From Mobula hypostoma (taxonomy: Eukaryota): DNA of 64,000 nt. Under the pieces are notes generated by a model, which worked only from the letters and a program-made list of their open reading frames with translations, searched no databases and had not been told where the DNA came from. Below, piece after piece: positions 13,051 through 26,728 of this stretch. The stretch covers positions 248,560,001 through 248,624,000 of the forward strand of contig NC_086097.1 in the NCBI RefSeq assembly GCF_963921235.1. Reading direction: 5' to 3'. The translations under genes were made by a program, and so were the position numbers. Each line of letters starts with the position of its first letter. Position 1 is the stretch's first letter.

Positions 13051-13189
13051 CAATGTAATAGAGGTTGCAGTGTAAGAGGGGTCAAAGTCAAAAAGGGTTG
13101 ATGAATACTGGACTGAAAGTGTTAAATTTAATGTACACAGTATATGGATAAGGTTGTGAACTTGTAGCACATTTACAGATTAGTTTGTA

Positions 13190-15640
13190 TGACATTGTGG
13201 ACATCACTGAATCACTTAACATTCAAGAGGACACTTTGTACCAAAAGGACAAGAAGGTAGGCTGAGGGGGTGGCTCTGCTCTGTTGGTAGAAAATGAAAT
13301 TAAATCCATAGAAAGAGGTGACATAGAATCCTGGGTAGAGCTAAGAAACTGCAAGGGTTTTAAAAAAAAAACCTGATGGGAGTTAGATACAGACCTCCAA
13401 ACAGTGATAAAGATGTTGTCTACAAATTACAAGGGAAGATAAAAATGCATGCCAAAAAGGCAATTTTACAGAGTCATGGAGGATTTCAATATACAGATCC
13501 ATTGGGAAAATCAGGTTGGTGCTGGATCCCAAGAGGAGAAATCTGTAGAATGCCTACAAGGCTTTTTAGAGCAGCTCATAGTTTTAGCCTACTAGGCATC
13601 AGCTATTCTAGATTGGGTGCTGTGCAATGAACCAGAATTGATTAGAAAGTTTAAGGTAAAGGAACCTGTAGGGGCTGGTGATAATATGATAGAATTCACC
13701 CTGAAATTTGAGAAGTACCAGTTTTACAGTGGACTAAAGAGAATTACTGAAGCATGAGAAAGGAGCTGACCAGAATTGATTGGAAAAGAACACTGGCAGG
13801 GATGACAGCAGAGCAGGAATGGCAAGAATTTCTGAAAGCAATTCAGAAGGTGTAGGATGTATACATCCTAAAGAGGAAGAGGTATTCTAAAGGCAAGATG
13901 TGACAGTCTTAGCTAACAAGAGAAGTTAATGCCAACATAAAACCCAAAGAGAGAGCATACAATAGAGCAAAAATTAGTGGGAAGTTAGAGGATTGGGAAG
14001 GTGTTAAAAACCAACAGAAGGCAACTAAAAAAAAGTCATAAAGAAGGAAAAGATGAAATACAAAGGTAAGCCAGCCAATAATATTAAAGAGGATACCCAA
14101 AGTATTTTGCATCAGTCCACTTTGGAAGACACTAGCAGTGTCAGGGTGCAGAACTATTTCAAGTTGCTATTACTAGAGAGAAGGTTCTCAGGAAACTGAA
14201 AAGTCTGAAGGTAGATAAGTCACCTGAACCAGGTGGTGTACGCACCAGGGTTTTGAAAGAGATGGCTGAAGAGATTGTGGAGGCATCAGTAAAGACCTTT
14301 CAATAATCAATTGATTCTAGAATGGAAAATTGCAAATTCACTCCACTCTTCAAAAAGGAAGAGATGCAGAAGAAAGGAAATTATAGGCCAGTTAGTCTGA
14401 CCTGTGTGGTTGGGAAGATGTTGGAGTCGCTTGTTAAGGATGTGCTTTCAGGTACTTGGAGGCACATGATAAAATAGGCTGTAGTCAGCATGATTTCCTG
14501 AAGGGAAAATCTTGCCTGCCAAATCTGTTGGAATTCTTTGACGAAATTACAAACACAATGGACAAAGGAGAAGTGGATGTTGCACTTGGATTTTCAGAAG
14601 GCCTTTGACAAGATGCCACACGTGACACTGCTTAAAAGACCCCGTGGTATTACAGGAAAGATAAATGTATGGCATTGGCTGACTGGCAGATGACAAAGCC
14701 TGTGAATAAAGGGAGCCTTTTCTTATCGGCTGCTGGTGACTAGTGGTGTTCCACACATGTCTGTGTTGGGACAGCTTTTTACGTTAAACTTGATTGACAG
14801 GAAGCAGAGAGGTAACAGAAGGATTTGGACAATTTAGGAGAATAGGCAAAGAAGTGGCAGATGGAGTATAGTGTCAGGAAGTGTATGGTCATGCACTTTG
14901 GTAGAAAAAAATAAAAGCACAAATTTCTATATAGAGAGAAAATTCAAAAATCTGGGGTGCAAAGGGACTTGGGAGTCCTTGTGCAAGATTCTGTAACGGA
15001 TAATTTGCAGATTGAGTTGGAGTCGGTGGTGAGGGAAGTAAATGCGATGTTAGCATTCATTTTGAGAAGACCAGAATATAAAAGCAAGGATGTAACTTTG
15101 AGGCTTTTTAAAACACTGCTGAGACCTCACTTGGAGTATCGTGAGCAGTTTTGGGCCTCTTATCTAAGAAATGATTCTGGGATTGAAGGGTTTATCATAT
15201 GAGGAGCATTTGATAGCTGTGGGCTCATACTCACTGGAATTCAGAAGAACGGAGGGGAATCTCAAAGAAACCTATCAAATGTTGTAAGGCCTCAATGGAG
15301 TGGATTTCAAGAGGATGCTTTCTCTGTGGGGGTTCTAAGACCAGAGGACCAGCTCAGAATAGAGGGGCGTCCATTTACAATGGAGCTGAGGAATTTCTTT
15401 GGGCAAAGAGTGGTGAATCTGGAATTCATTGCCATATGCGGCTGTGGAGGCCAGGCCATTGAGTATACTTAAGGCAGGGTTGATAGATTCTTAATTAGTC
15501 AAGTCATGAAGGATACAGAGAGAAGGCAAGAGATTGGGGCTGCGAGGGAAAATGGATCAGCCGTGTTGGAATGGCAGAGCAGACTCGATGGGCCAAATGC
15601 CCTAATTCTCCTATATCTGATGGTCATATGATCTTATGGA
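13190..15640 (+). mobile_element. Degenerate, internally deleted CR1 (APE endonuclease through RT and tail)
   Basis: GVRYRPPNS endonuclease motif, ttataggccagttagtctgac (NYRPVSL) and LRPHLEY motifs, many stops. Confidence 0.85.
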
Positions 15641-16449
15641 TTTGCTAGCTGTAGGGCATCAAGCATCTCACAATGGGTGGTAATGCTGTCTCTCTTTCCT
15701 GTGCCATAATGTTCAGGCTGAGCCAAGCCAAGCCAAGCAGAGCTAGGAGTGCTGTACTGGCTCGCTTACCAAGGTAGTGAGGCTACTTACCAGCTGCTCT
15801 TCCCATATATGCCTGATCACCTGTTTATACGATCCTCCCCCTCAATCAGGTTTTATCATTTCTGCCTTATGAACAGTTTGGCTGACAGATGGTTCTCAGG
15901 AACAGAACCCTGTCATAGTAGAATATATCATTACAACTGTTTATTTCTTTTGATGATGAGGTTTTTCCTCATAGCTGTCCACAAGACCATAAAACAAGAT
16001 CAGAATTAGGCCATCTGGCCCATCGAATTTGCTCATCCATTCTATCATGGCTGATTTATTATCCCTCTCAACACCATTCTCCTGCCTTCTCCCTGTGACC
16101 TTTAATGCCCTGACTAATCAAGATCCTATCGACCTCTGCTTTTATTTCCTCCTAGCTAGAAATTCCTCCTCATTTCTATTGTAAATGGATGTCCTATTCT
16201 GAGGCTGCGTCTCCTCGGCCTAGACTCCTCCATTATGGAATACATTCTCTCTGCATTTACTCTACCTAGACCTTTCAGTATTCGATTGGACATAACTAGA
16301 CAATAATTCAACATATTTCAATAGCTAATATAAGGACCTAATCAGTCAGAAAGGACATAATTAAAATTGTTTTCCAAATCTAATGCAGAACACTAGCAAT
16401 AGGACAGATGCGTTATTATACCAAAAAAGCAACCTTCTGTTTCAAGGGC

Positions 16450-16632
16450 AACACACACACAAACTACTGGAGGAACTCAGCAGGCCAGGCAGCATCTAGG
16501 AAAAGAGAGCAGCTGGCATTTTGGGCTGAAACCCCGACTGTACTCTTTTCCTAGATGCTACCTGGCCTGCTGACTTCCTCCAGCATTTTGTGTGTGTTGC
16601 TCGGATTTCCAGCATCTGCAGATTTTCTCTTG
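16450..16632. mobile_element. Palindromic PLE-derived mini-element
   Basis: acacacacaaa..ctggaggaactcagcaggccaggcagcatctaggaaaagag is mirrored by ctcttttcctagatgctacctggcctgctgacttcctccagcattttgtgtgtgt. Confidence 0.8.
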
Positions 16633-16859
16633 TTTCCATTTTTATCTCAACTTAAGAGGCTGTTTACAGGAAAATAAGAGATCTTGCTTTCACTAATACT
16701 TACTGAATGTCTTAAAGATGGATCTTTTATTAGCAACGACAGCTTGTATTTACAAATCACCTTTGATCCACTAAAATATCTGAAGAAATTTCCAGAAACA
16801 AATAAGTAAGGGATGTAGTTAGATAAGCAAATAAAATCTTGGTCAAAGAATTAGGTTTT

Positions 16860-17545
16860 TAAGGATTTATGACTTCAGGAAGGCAAGAGGTCCCAAGCAA
16901 ATCCCACTGTTCATAAATGGTGAGGTAGTGGAAAGAGTCTCCCGTTTCAAGTTTTTGGGGACGAACATCACCAAGCAGCTCTCTTGGTCTGAAAACACCA
17001 GTGACTATACTACCTGAGACACTTAAGGAGACCTAATCTGCCCCAAGAACTGCTGGTCAATTTTTACCGATGTGTGATAGAGAGCATACTGACATTTAGA
17101 ATGACAGTGTGGTACACTAGCTAAGCAAGGCAGATCACAAAGCACTCCAAGGGTGATTGGGTTGGCTCAGCACATCACTGGGAACCAACTACTGGACCTG
17201 GAGACAAGTTCCGACTCTCAGTACCTACAGCATGCTTGTAACATCATTAAAGACCCATCCCATCCCAGACGCTGTCTGTTCAATCTCCTGCCGTCTGGCA
17301 GGAAATGCAGAATCATCTTAGTCAAGACAGTAAGACTGAAAAACAGCTTCTTCCCGAGGGCTGCTGTGCAGCTGAGTAATGCTACACCCCGGCTTGCCAA
17401 TGGCCTTTGAGTGTTGGGGACTATCAAAGTCGCTTGTTACATGTAAATATAGGAATTTTTATTTAATTAAGCTGCACTGCATGCATTGTAAATATCTGTA
17501 TTGCACAGACTGGAATAGCACCACAATCTCATTGTCTTGACATTA
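16860..17545 (+). mobile_element. Old Rex1/Babar-like LINE fragment
   Basis: IIKDPSHPRRCLFNLLPSGR...RLKNSFFPRA C-terminal motif. Confidence 0.75.
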
Positions 17546-18169
17546 GAGAGGAAATAATTTCATACCGGGCTTTTGGAAAGACGTGATTAAGCTCGAGAGG
17601 GTGCAGGAGTGTATGCGGAGAGATTTGATAGGTTGGGGCTGTTTTCTCTGGAGTGACAGAAGCTGAAGGTCACCTTTATAAAATAACAAGGATAACATAT
17701 ATGCTCACAGTCATTTCCCCAGGGATGGAGAACTAAAAATAAATTATAGCTTCAAGTTGAGAGGAGAAATGTTTAAGAGAGTCAAAGGACAGATTTCTCA
17801 CAAAGTGAAATCTGTGGAATTTGTTGCCACAAGTGGCTGTGGAGGCCAAGTCATTGGGTGTATTTAAGGCAGAGATAGATTGGTTCTTGATTAGCCAGGG
17901 CATCAAAGGGTATGGGGTGAAGGCAAGGGAGTGGGGATGACTGGAAGAATTGGATCAGCCCATGATTGAATGGTGGAGCAGACTCAATGGGCTGAATGGC
18001 CTACTTCTGCTCCTAAATCTTATGGTCTTATGGGAATGGTGGGTATATGAAATGAGCTGGCAGAGGAGGTGGTACAGGCAGGTACAATTATGTTTAAAAG
18101 TCATTCAAACAGGTACGTGGATAGGAAAGATTTAGAGGGATATCTAAAGGGTTTTAAAGGGATACTTGA

Positions 18170-18466
<297 letters not shown>

Positions 18467-18671
18467 TAAGATTTTCATCTTTAGCCTTATGAATTCTTTA
18501 TGTGCAATTGAAAATTGTATTTTATCTTTCAACCACCAACCTTGTCTCTGCTCTTCCATCAGCTTCTGACTCTTAGAGTTTGCAAAAATAGCCAGGCAAT
18601 AACTCTAGAATTCCTTTAAGGGAAATAGCTGACTTGGCTCACAGATTTGTTTGAATTCTGGGACATCTATG

Positions 18672-18888
18672 TAACACACGCTAAATGCTGGAGGAACTCA
18701 GCAGGTCAGGCGGCTTCTATGGAAATGAACAATTGGTTGACGTTTTGGGCCGAGACCCTTCTTCAGAACTGAGAAGAAATGGGGAAGGTGCCAGAAGAAA
18801 AAGGTGGGGCGGGGGGGAGAAGAGGACATCTAGAAGGTGATAGGTGGAGCCAGCTGGGTAGGAAAAGGGCTGGAGAGAAAGGAATCTC
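18672..18888 (-). mobile_element. PLE terminal-repeat fragment
   Basis: aatgctggaggaactcagcaggtcagg...gacgttttgggccgagacccttcttcag; hammerhead GAAA mutated. Confidence 0.75.
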
Positions 18889-19774
18889 CCGTATGTAGTG
18901 CATTTAATTTAATCCTACTTCCCTTGTTTTCACAAGGGCAGGGCTGGAGTGAATGGTTTTAAACTGCTGGTTTTTGATCACCCACAAGAGGGCAGAGGTT
19001 AGCTGGAATTCTGTGCCAAAAGCGAAAGAAATGGTTATAGATTTTGATTAATTTTAATGTTTAGAAAAAGAGCAGTATTCCTAAGCTCAGACAGAAAAGT
19101 TGCTATTGAGTTGGCTATTTATGGACTGGGATGGATTACGGGTCATGGAGCTTTGGGTCCCACGCCACCAAGTTCAGGAACAGCCATCGACCATCAGGCT
19201 CCTGAACCATCATCGATAACTTCTCTCACGAAAACGCTGAACTGATTCCCCAACCTACAGACTCACTTTCGTGGACTCTACAATTCATATTCTCAATATT
19301 TATTTATTGATGATTATTATTTTGTTTTATTTTTTGTATTTGCGCAATTTGTTGTCTTTTGTACATTAGTTGTTTGTCAATATTTGTGTGCATTTTTTCA
19401 TTGATTCTATTGTGTTTCTTGGTTTTACTGTGAAAGCCTGCAAGAAAATGAATCGTTGTTCCATATATAGTGACATGTATGTACTCTGATAATAAATTTA
19501 CTGTGAACTTTGAATAGCACATTTGTTGAGCTGATCACTCAGATCATGGCTGGCAGGCTTTTAAAACGGTGACAGATTTATTCCTTACTGTTGTACTGAA
19601 CAATGAGATGAATTTTTGATATAGAAACATGAGCACAAAAACAGGACTTACTGCCCACTTCGTACACATCGACTGTGATACCCATCTACGTTAGTCAGAT
19701 GTGCCCATATTAGGTCCATATCCTATACAAGTACTTGTCCAACTGGGTACATTCCATATACCCACGTCCTTTTT

Positions 19775-20516
19775 CGAAGTTCAAGTTTAATTGTCATTCA
19801 ACTATACATAAATACTCAAGAATACAACCAAACTCTAGAGCCAAGGTGCTAATTCAGTTCCAACAGTCACACACAGTACAGAGAACATATAGCACATATA
19901 AGATAGCACAGACACGCACACGCTCACTCACGCACTGACACACTCACTCCAAGATCTTGAGTCAGGTCAGTGGATGTTGTAGAGAACTGCAGTGGAACAC
20001 ACTATAGATTGTCTTCTGAAGAGTGAACACCGGGGGGGTAGTACCGACTCCAGCTTGGACATTGCGCCACACCACACTGCCCCCGGTGGAGCACAACAGT
20101 CCTGGCACTACAGCTTGAGGCCTAGTCCTCGCTAAGACCGAGGCGATGCAACTCCCCCGCCGTCTGTCCACCAATAACTTAGTTAATCGGACTTGCAGGA
20201 TTCCACATTAACAACGTCCAACAGAGTCTTGTGATCTCAAGAAAAGTGACTAGAATGATCACTCACTGTTGAACTACGCACCTCCCTCACACATTGATAT
20301 CTCTGACGCAGGCAGCACCATGATCCGCACTAGGTCCAGCTCCTTCAGTTTCTCCACAATCAGCAACTCACTGATGGGGTAGACTTTCAATACTTAAAGT
20401 TCTTAATGTCCAGCAAGGTCTTGCAATGATCAAAAAATACATTTAAAAGGCTCAGTAACAACTTTGGTTCCCATAGAAGCTGCTACAGTCGAGCGCACCA
20501 CCATCTTACTGGAAGT
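19775..20516 (-). mobile_element. Non-autonomous LINE-dependent element
   Basis: Short-repeat tail (gaagttcaagtttaattgtcatt on +); 5' end acttccagtaagatggtgg on minus; no intact ORF. Confidence 0.5.
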
Positions 20517-20659
20517 TCATGACTAACCTGTTGCTAGGGTTTCTATTAAACCTTTCTCCTCTCACCTTAATCCTATTGTTTAGTTTTAGTCTCCCCATCC
20601 CTATTAAGCATTTTAATAGGGTGACACGGTAATGTACTGGTTAGCACAGCGCTTTACAG

Positions 20660-21427
20660 CAGTGGTCCCCAACCATCGGGCCGCAAAGCATGTGCTACCG
20701 GGCCGCGAGGAAACGAATTGAGTCAGCTGCACCTTTCCTCATTCCCTGTCACGCCCACTGTTGAACTTGAACGCATGCGAGATCATCAGTCGGTCATTAA
20801 CCTACAACTACTCTGAGTAAAAAACAAATGTTGCTTGAGAGTTTCTTTGGAAGAGGTGGTAGGGGACATAAAAGGCCTAACGATGATGATAATGCAGAGC
20901 CAGCTGAGGCCGAGACTGCAAAAAAAAAGAAATCTTCCTTCAACAGAAAATACGATGAGTCGTACATAAAATATGGCTTTATTGCGACCGGTGACTCACA
21001 TGCTCCAAGCCCCCTGTGTGTGATATGTGGAGACAAGCTGTCTAATGAGGCAATAAAGCCCTCAAAACTGCGAGTCCAAGCACCCTGCACCTAAAGACAA
21101 ATCCGTTGAGTTTTTTGAGGGAAAATATGCGCTGTGTGTTTAATATTCAAACGTTACTTAAAATGTTATGATGTTATTGACTTATAAGTGACATAATTAT
21201 CACTATATTCATGCGAGGAAAGTATGCACTGTGCGTTTAATAAATTTGTTAGGTAAACCCTTTTAGAAACGAAATTGAGTGTATTAGCCACTTATGAGCG
21301 ACTTATAGTTGACTTATCACCTATATTCCGGTCGTGATTAACAAACGCCCCCTCCCAATCGGCCGGTCTGCAATAATATTGTCAATATTGAACCGGTCCA
21401 CAGTGCAAAACAGGTTGGGGACCCCTG
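20660..21427 (+). mobile_element. hAT (Buster/Charlie) deletion derivative inserted in a V-SINE (about 20618-21655)
   Basis: TIRs cagtggtccccaacc / ggttggggacccctg; 8-bp TSD ctttacag (20652-20659, 21428-21435) with a central TA. Transposase N-terminus and BED finger RKYDESYIKYGF...PLCVICGDKLSNEAIKPSKL at 20828-21094. Confidence 0.93.
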
Positions 21428-21794
21428 CTTTACAGTACCAGGAACATAGTATACAGTACCTGGGTTCAATTCCTGCTGCTTTCTGTAAGGAGTTTGTATA
21501 TTCTCCCCATGACTTGTGTGCTGCAGCTTCCTCTCACTGTCCAAAAACCTACCGGTTAGTAGGTTAATTTGGTCCCATGTTTAGGCTAGGATTAAATTGG
21601 GGAGTTGCTGAGCAACATGGCTCAAAGGGCCTATTCCCCACTGTATCTCAATAATAGTATCTGCCTGTACAGCCTCCTCTGGCAACTCTTCTCAGATGTT
21701 CACCACCCTCCACATTGTGGAAAAAAAACTAACCTTTCAGATCCCCTTTAAGTTTCTCCACTTACCCTAAACCGGTGTTCTCTGGTCCTAGGTA

Positions 21795-22412
21795 GTAGTC
21801 ATAGTCATACTTTATTGATTCCGAGGGAAATTGGTTTTCGTTACAGTTGCACCATAAATAATAAATAGTAATAAAACCATAAATAGTTAAATAATAATAT
21901 GTAAATTATGCCAGTAAATTATGAAATAAGTCCAGGACCAGCCTGTTGGCTCAGGGTGTCTGACCCTCCAAGGGAGGAGTTGTAAAGTTTGATGGCCACA
22001 GGCAGGAATGACTTCCTATGACGCTCTGTGTTGCATCTCGGTGGAATGAGTCTCTGGCTGAATGTACTCCTGTGCCCACCCAGTACATTATGTAGTGGAT
22101 GGGAGACATTGTCCAAGATGGCATGCAACTTAAACAGCATCATCTTTTCAGACACCACCGTCAGAGAGTTCAGTTCCATCCCCACAACATCACTGGCCTT
22201 ATGAATGAGTTTGTTGATTCTGTTAATGTCTGCTACCCTCAGCCTGCTGCCCCAGCACACAACAGCAAACATGATGGCACTGGCCACCACAGACTCGTAG
22301 AACATCCTCAGCATTGTCCGGCAGATGTTAAAGGACCTCAGTCTCCTCAGGAAATAGAGACGGCTCTGACCCTTCTTGTAGACAGCCTCAGTGTTCTTAG
22401 ACCAGTCCAGTT
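21795..22412 (-). mobile_element. Rex1/Babar-like LINE 3' end (young), nested in a CR1 remnant
   Basis: LDWSKNTEAVYKKGQSRLYFLRRLRSFN...RKSFLPVAIKLYN (ORF 21919-22446); (tagtca)n tail. Confidence 0.88.
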
Positions 22413-22867
22413 CCCCTGCCCTTGAAAAAGATTGAGACTGTCCCATCTTTGCCCCTCATAAATTTGTAAATCTCTATAAGATCATCTGTAGCCTCACACA
22501 TTTAAGAGAGGGTAAACCAGCTTATCCACTCACTCTCTCTTTATTGGTAAAACCCTCCATTGCAGGAAACAAACTGGTGAATCTCTTTCTTTCTGACATA
22601 TCCTTCCTGAATACTGTACAGTGATACAGATGAGGACTAACCCAGATTTTGTACAACTTCAATATGACATCCCATCTCTTATGCTAAAGAACATGACTTG
22701 TTTATATGAACCTGGCAGATGCAATGTCGATTGATGTAATATTTTGATAGGAATAGTTTAATTTTCATTTTTTGACTTGTATATTTTTGACTATATAAGA
22801 ATTGAAAGTAATAATTTATCTGATGTTTTCTATGATTATTGACATTTTCTTTCAATTCTATTAACAG

Positions 22868-23063
22868 AGGGTGTGGCCCTGAAAAAGACCATGTTTACCT
22901 GCAGCTGCACCACCTGCCCCCGGAGCAGCTGGCAATGCGACTGCCTGGCATTTCAGAAACTGCCATGATTTTTGCTGGTGTGGATGTCACCAAAGAGCCA
23001 ATTCCAGTTTTGCCTACAGTGCATTACAATATGGGGGGTGTTCCCACCAACTACAGAGGACAG
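22868..23063 (+). CDS. sdha: SDHA exon (exon 9 equivalent, 196 nt)
   Basis: cag|AGGGTGT...GGACAG|gtaata; [65 protein letters not shown]. Confidence 0.97.
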
Positions 23064-23262
23064 GTAATACACTCAAGTGATTCTGCAGATGCTGGAAATC
23101 CAGATTAACACAAAGTGCCTGGGGGAGCTCAGCAGGTCAGGCAGCATCAATGGAGAGGAATAAATAGTGGACGTTTCTAAGATCGAGACCCTTCATCAGG
23201 ACCTGCTGAAGGATCTCGGCCTATAGCATTTACTTTGTTTTCTCACCACCTGGTGATTTGGC

Positions 23263-24380
23263 CAACAACAGAAAATAAGGAGGCGTGGGATCCAAGGGGA
23301 CATTGCTTTGTGGATCTAGAACTGGCTTGCCCACAGAAGGCAAAGAGTGGTTGTAGACGGATCATATTCTGCATGGAGGCCGATGACCAGTGGCGTGCCT
23401 CAGGGATCTGTTCTGGGACCCTTACTCTTTATGATTTTTATAAATGACCTGGATGAGGAAGTGGAGGGATGGGTTAGTAAATTTGCTCATGACACAAAGG
23501 TTGGGGGTGTTGTGGGTAGTGTGGAGGGCTGTCAGAGGTTACAGCGGGACATTGATAGGATGCAAAACTGGGCTGAGAAGTAGCAGATGGAGTTCAACCC
23601 AGCTAAGTTTGAGGTGGTTCATTTTGGTAGGTCAACTATGATGGCAGAATATAGTATTAATGGTAAGACTCTTGGCAGTGTGGAGGATCAGAGGGATCTT
23701 GGGGTCTAAGTCTATAGGGCACTCATAGCTGCTATGCAGGTTGACTCTGTGGTTAAGAAGTCATATGGTGCATTGGCCTTCATCAATCATGGGATTGAGT
23801 TTAAGAGCCGAGAGGTAATGTTGCAGCTGTATAGGACCCTGGTCTACTTGGACTACTGTGCTCACTTCTGGTTGCCTCACTACTGGAAGGATGTGGAAAC
23901 CATAGAAAGGGTGCAGAGGAGATTTACAAGTATGTTGCCTGGATTGGGGAGCATGCCTTATGAGAATAGGTTGAGTGAACTTGGCCTTTTCTCCTTGGAG
24001 TGACGGAGGATGAGAAGTGACCTGATAGAGGTATACAAGATAATGAGAGGCATTGATCTTGTAGATAGTCAGAGACTTTTCCCCAGGGCTGAAATGGCTA
24101 GCACAAGAGGATACAGGTTTAAGGTGCTGGGGAGTAGGTACAGAGGAGATGTCGGGTAGGTTTTTTTACTCAAAGAGTGGTGAGTACGTGGAATAGGCTG
24201 CCGGCAATGGTGTGGAGGCGGATACGATAGGGTCTTTTAAGAGACTTTTGGATAGGGACATGGAGCATAGTAAAATGGAGGGCTATAGGTAAGCCTAGTA
24301 ATTTCTAAGGATGGGACATGTTCGGCACAACTTTGTGGGCTGAAGGGACTGTATTGTGCTGTAGGTATTCTATGTTTCTA
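23263..24380 (+). mobile_element. Young 5'-truncated CR1 LINE
   Basis: [22 protein letters not shown]...[10 protein letters not shown] motifs through to the tail; same subfamily as 12025-13050. Confidence 0.92.
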
Positions 24381-24913
24381 GAATTGGCTATGCTTACCCA
24401 CACACTTGTGGCTGGAGGGTGAACCGTCAGAAATATATAAAACTGAGAGGCATGGATGTTTTCTTCCATGTTGGGAATGTCAAATACCAAAGGGAAGGCG
24501 GGGGGGGCTGGTGGAGAGGGGGTAAGTTTAAAGAAGATTTGCAAAGCATAGCTTTCTGCAGCTTACTTCAGTCCTATGCAGTGCCTCCCCTCCATACCAG
24601 ACAGCGATGCAGCCAGTTAGAATACCAGACCTGACAAAGGGTCTCGGCCCGAATCATTAACTCTATATTCCTTTGCACAGGTGCTTCCTGACCTGCTGAA
24701 TTCTTCCAGCATTTTGTGTGTTGTACTATAAAGTCATGAAACAAAGAAGGTACCACTATTGTTCCTTGACAAGGTCATTTTAGTATGTGGTCTACTATGA
24801 ATAATATGAATCTCAATCTCCTTAAGCCAGTAGAAACAAAATTATATTCTGTTTTCTTTAGGAACTTGGTACATTTACAGCATTGACACTAGTGTTATGT
24901 GAAAATAACAAAA

Positions 24914-25540
24914 CCATAAGACACAGGAGCTGAATTAGACCATTCAGCCCATCGAATCTGCTTCACCATTCCATCATGGCTGATTTATCATCCCTCTCAA
25001 CCCCATTCTACTTTCATCTGTAACCTTTGATCCCCCAACTAACCTATTAACCTCCACTTTAAGTATACCTGATGACTTGTCTGTGGCAATGAAATCCACA
25101 GATTTATGACCCTTTGGCTAAAGAAATTACTCCTCAGCTCTGTTCTAAATGGACACCCATCTATTCTGAGGCTGTGCCCTCTGGTCCTAGACTCCCCCAC
25201 TATAGAGAACATCTCCACATCCATTCTATCTGTGCCTACCAATATTCAAAAGGTTCAATGAGAACCCCGTTCCTATTTTTCTAAATAGAGCCTCATACAC
25301 AAACCCTTTCATTCCCAGGATCATTCTCATGAGCCTTCACTGGGCCCTCTCCAATGCCAGCACATCGATTCTTAGATAAGTGGCCCAAAACTGTTTGCAA
25401 TACTCCAATTGCGTTCTGACCAATGCCTTATAAAGCTTCAGAATTGTATCCTTGCTTTTATATTCAAATCCTCTCAAATTGTATGTCAACGTTACATTTG
25501 CCTCCCTCACCACTGACTCAATCTGCAAGTTAACCCTGCA
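24914..25540 (-). mobile_element. CR1 LINE 3' fragment
   Basis: ccataagaca tail; YKALVRTQLEYCKQFW. Confidence 0.85.
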
Positions 25541-25559
25541 GCAACCTGTCATATAATGA

Positions 25560-25624
25560 AGCTTGCCACAGAAATTGCTCGGTAATGGTAGGGTCCATGG
25601 CATAAAAAAGGTTGGGAATCCCTG
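25560..25624. mobile_element. Solo hAT/Charlie-type terminus
   Basis: ggtccatggcataaaaaaggttgggaatccctg followed by ctctagag, a typical Charlie target site. The other end is missing. Confidence 0.55.
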
Positions 25625-25743
25625 CTCTAGAGTGTTCATGAAGTATACACTTTTTTAAAACAGCTTATCTGAAGGGAAATATGTATGGCTCACGTTATAA
25701 AAATAGTTTCACCACATTTGAGTGTATAATTTGCTTCTTGCAG

Positions 25744-25915
25744 GTGATCAAGTATGTAAATGGTAAAGATGTTGTCGTCCCTGGTCTCTATGCTTGTGGT
25801 GAAGCTGCTAGTGCTTCTGTACACGGAGCTAATCGGCTTGGAGCAAACTCCCTACTCGACTTAGTTGTGTTTGGTCGTGCCTGTGCCCTCACCATTGCAG
25901 AAACGTCCAAGCCTG
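25744..25915 (+). CDS. sdha: SDHA exon (exon 10 equivalent, 172 nt)
   Basis: cag|GTGATC...AAGCCTG|gtaagc; [57 protein letters not shown]. Confidence 0.97.
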
Positions 25916-26119
25916 GTAAGCTTTCTGACTCATTTTGAAATTAAGCAAACATTCCCAGAGCACGTGACTTTGCATCACATAGTGTTCTAACCGATCAAGG
26001 TTAAAATAGGTTCTTGATTATGGGTTTTTTGTTCGTACAAAATGTCAGTGTTTGGAGGGCAAGTATTTATTCCTTGCCAAATAATGTTGGAGGATGAGAG
26101 GTAACTTGATTGAGGTGTA

Positions 26120-26728
26120 TGAAACAACACACAAAATTCTGGAGGTCACCCATTTTAATTCCACTTCCCATTCCCATTCTGATATTTCAATCCGTGGCCT
26201 CCTCGACTGTTGTGATGAGACCACACTCAGGTTGGAGGAACAACACCTTGTATTCCGTTTGGGTAGCCCCCAACCTGTTGGCATGAACATCGATTTCTCA
26301 CAATTTCAGTAATGCCCCCACCCTCTCCTTCACCATTCCCCATCCCCTTTTCCTTCTCTCACCTTATCTCCTTGCCTGCCCATCAGCTCCCTCTGGTTCT
26401 TCTTCCCCACCAACCCCCTTTCTTTCTTTCTTGGCCTTCTATCCTCACCTATCAGACTCCCCCCTTCTCCAGCCCTGTATCTCACCAATCAACTTCCCAG
26501 CTCTTTACTTCATCCAACTCCCTCCCGGTTTCACCTATCACCTTGAATTTCTCTCTCCCCTCCCCCACTTTTTAAATCTACTCCTCAGCATTTTTCCCCA
26601 GTCCTGCCGAAGGGTCTCAGCCCGAAACGTCGATCCTACTCTTTTCTATAGATGCTGCCTGGCCTGCTGAGTTCCCCCAGCATTGTGTGTGTGTTGCTTG
26701 GATTTCCAGCATCTGCAGATTTTCTGCC
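26120..26728 (+). mobile_element. PLE 3' fragment
   Basis: THFNSTSHSHSD...LRLEEQHLVFRLGSPQPVGMNIDF GIY-YIG C-terminus, then the terminal repeat. Confidence 0.85.

Noticed and set aside
20618..20659. tRNA genes
   Set aside because: The tRNA-like segments here and at 1176, 29811 and 58473 are degenerate SINE heads followed by the V domain; no intact cloverleaf was found.
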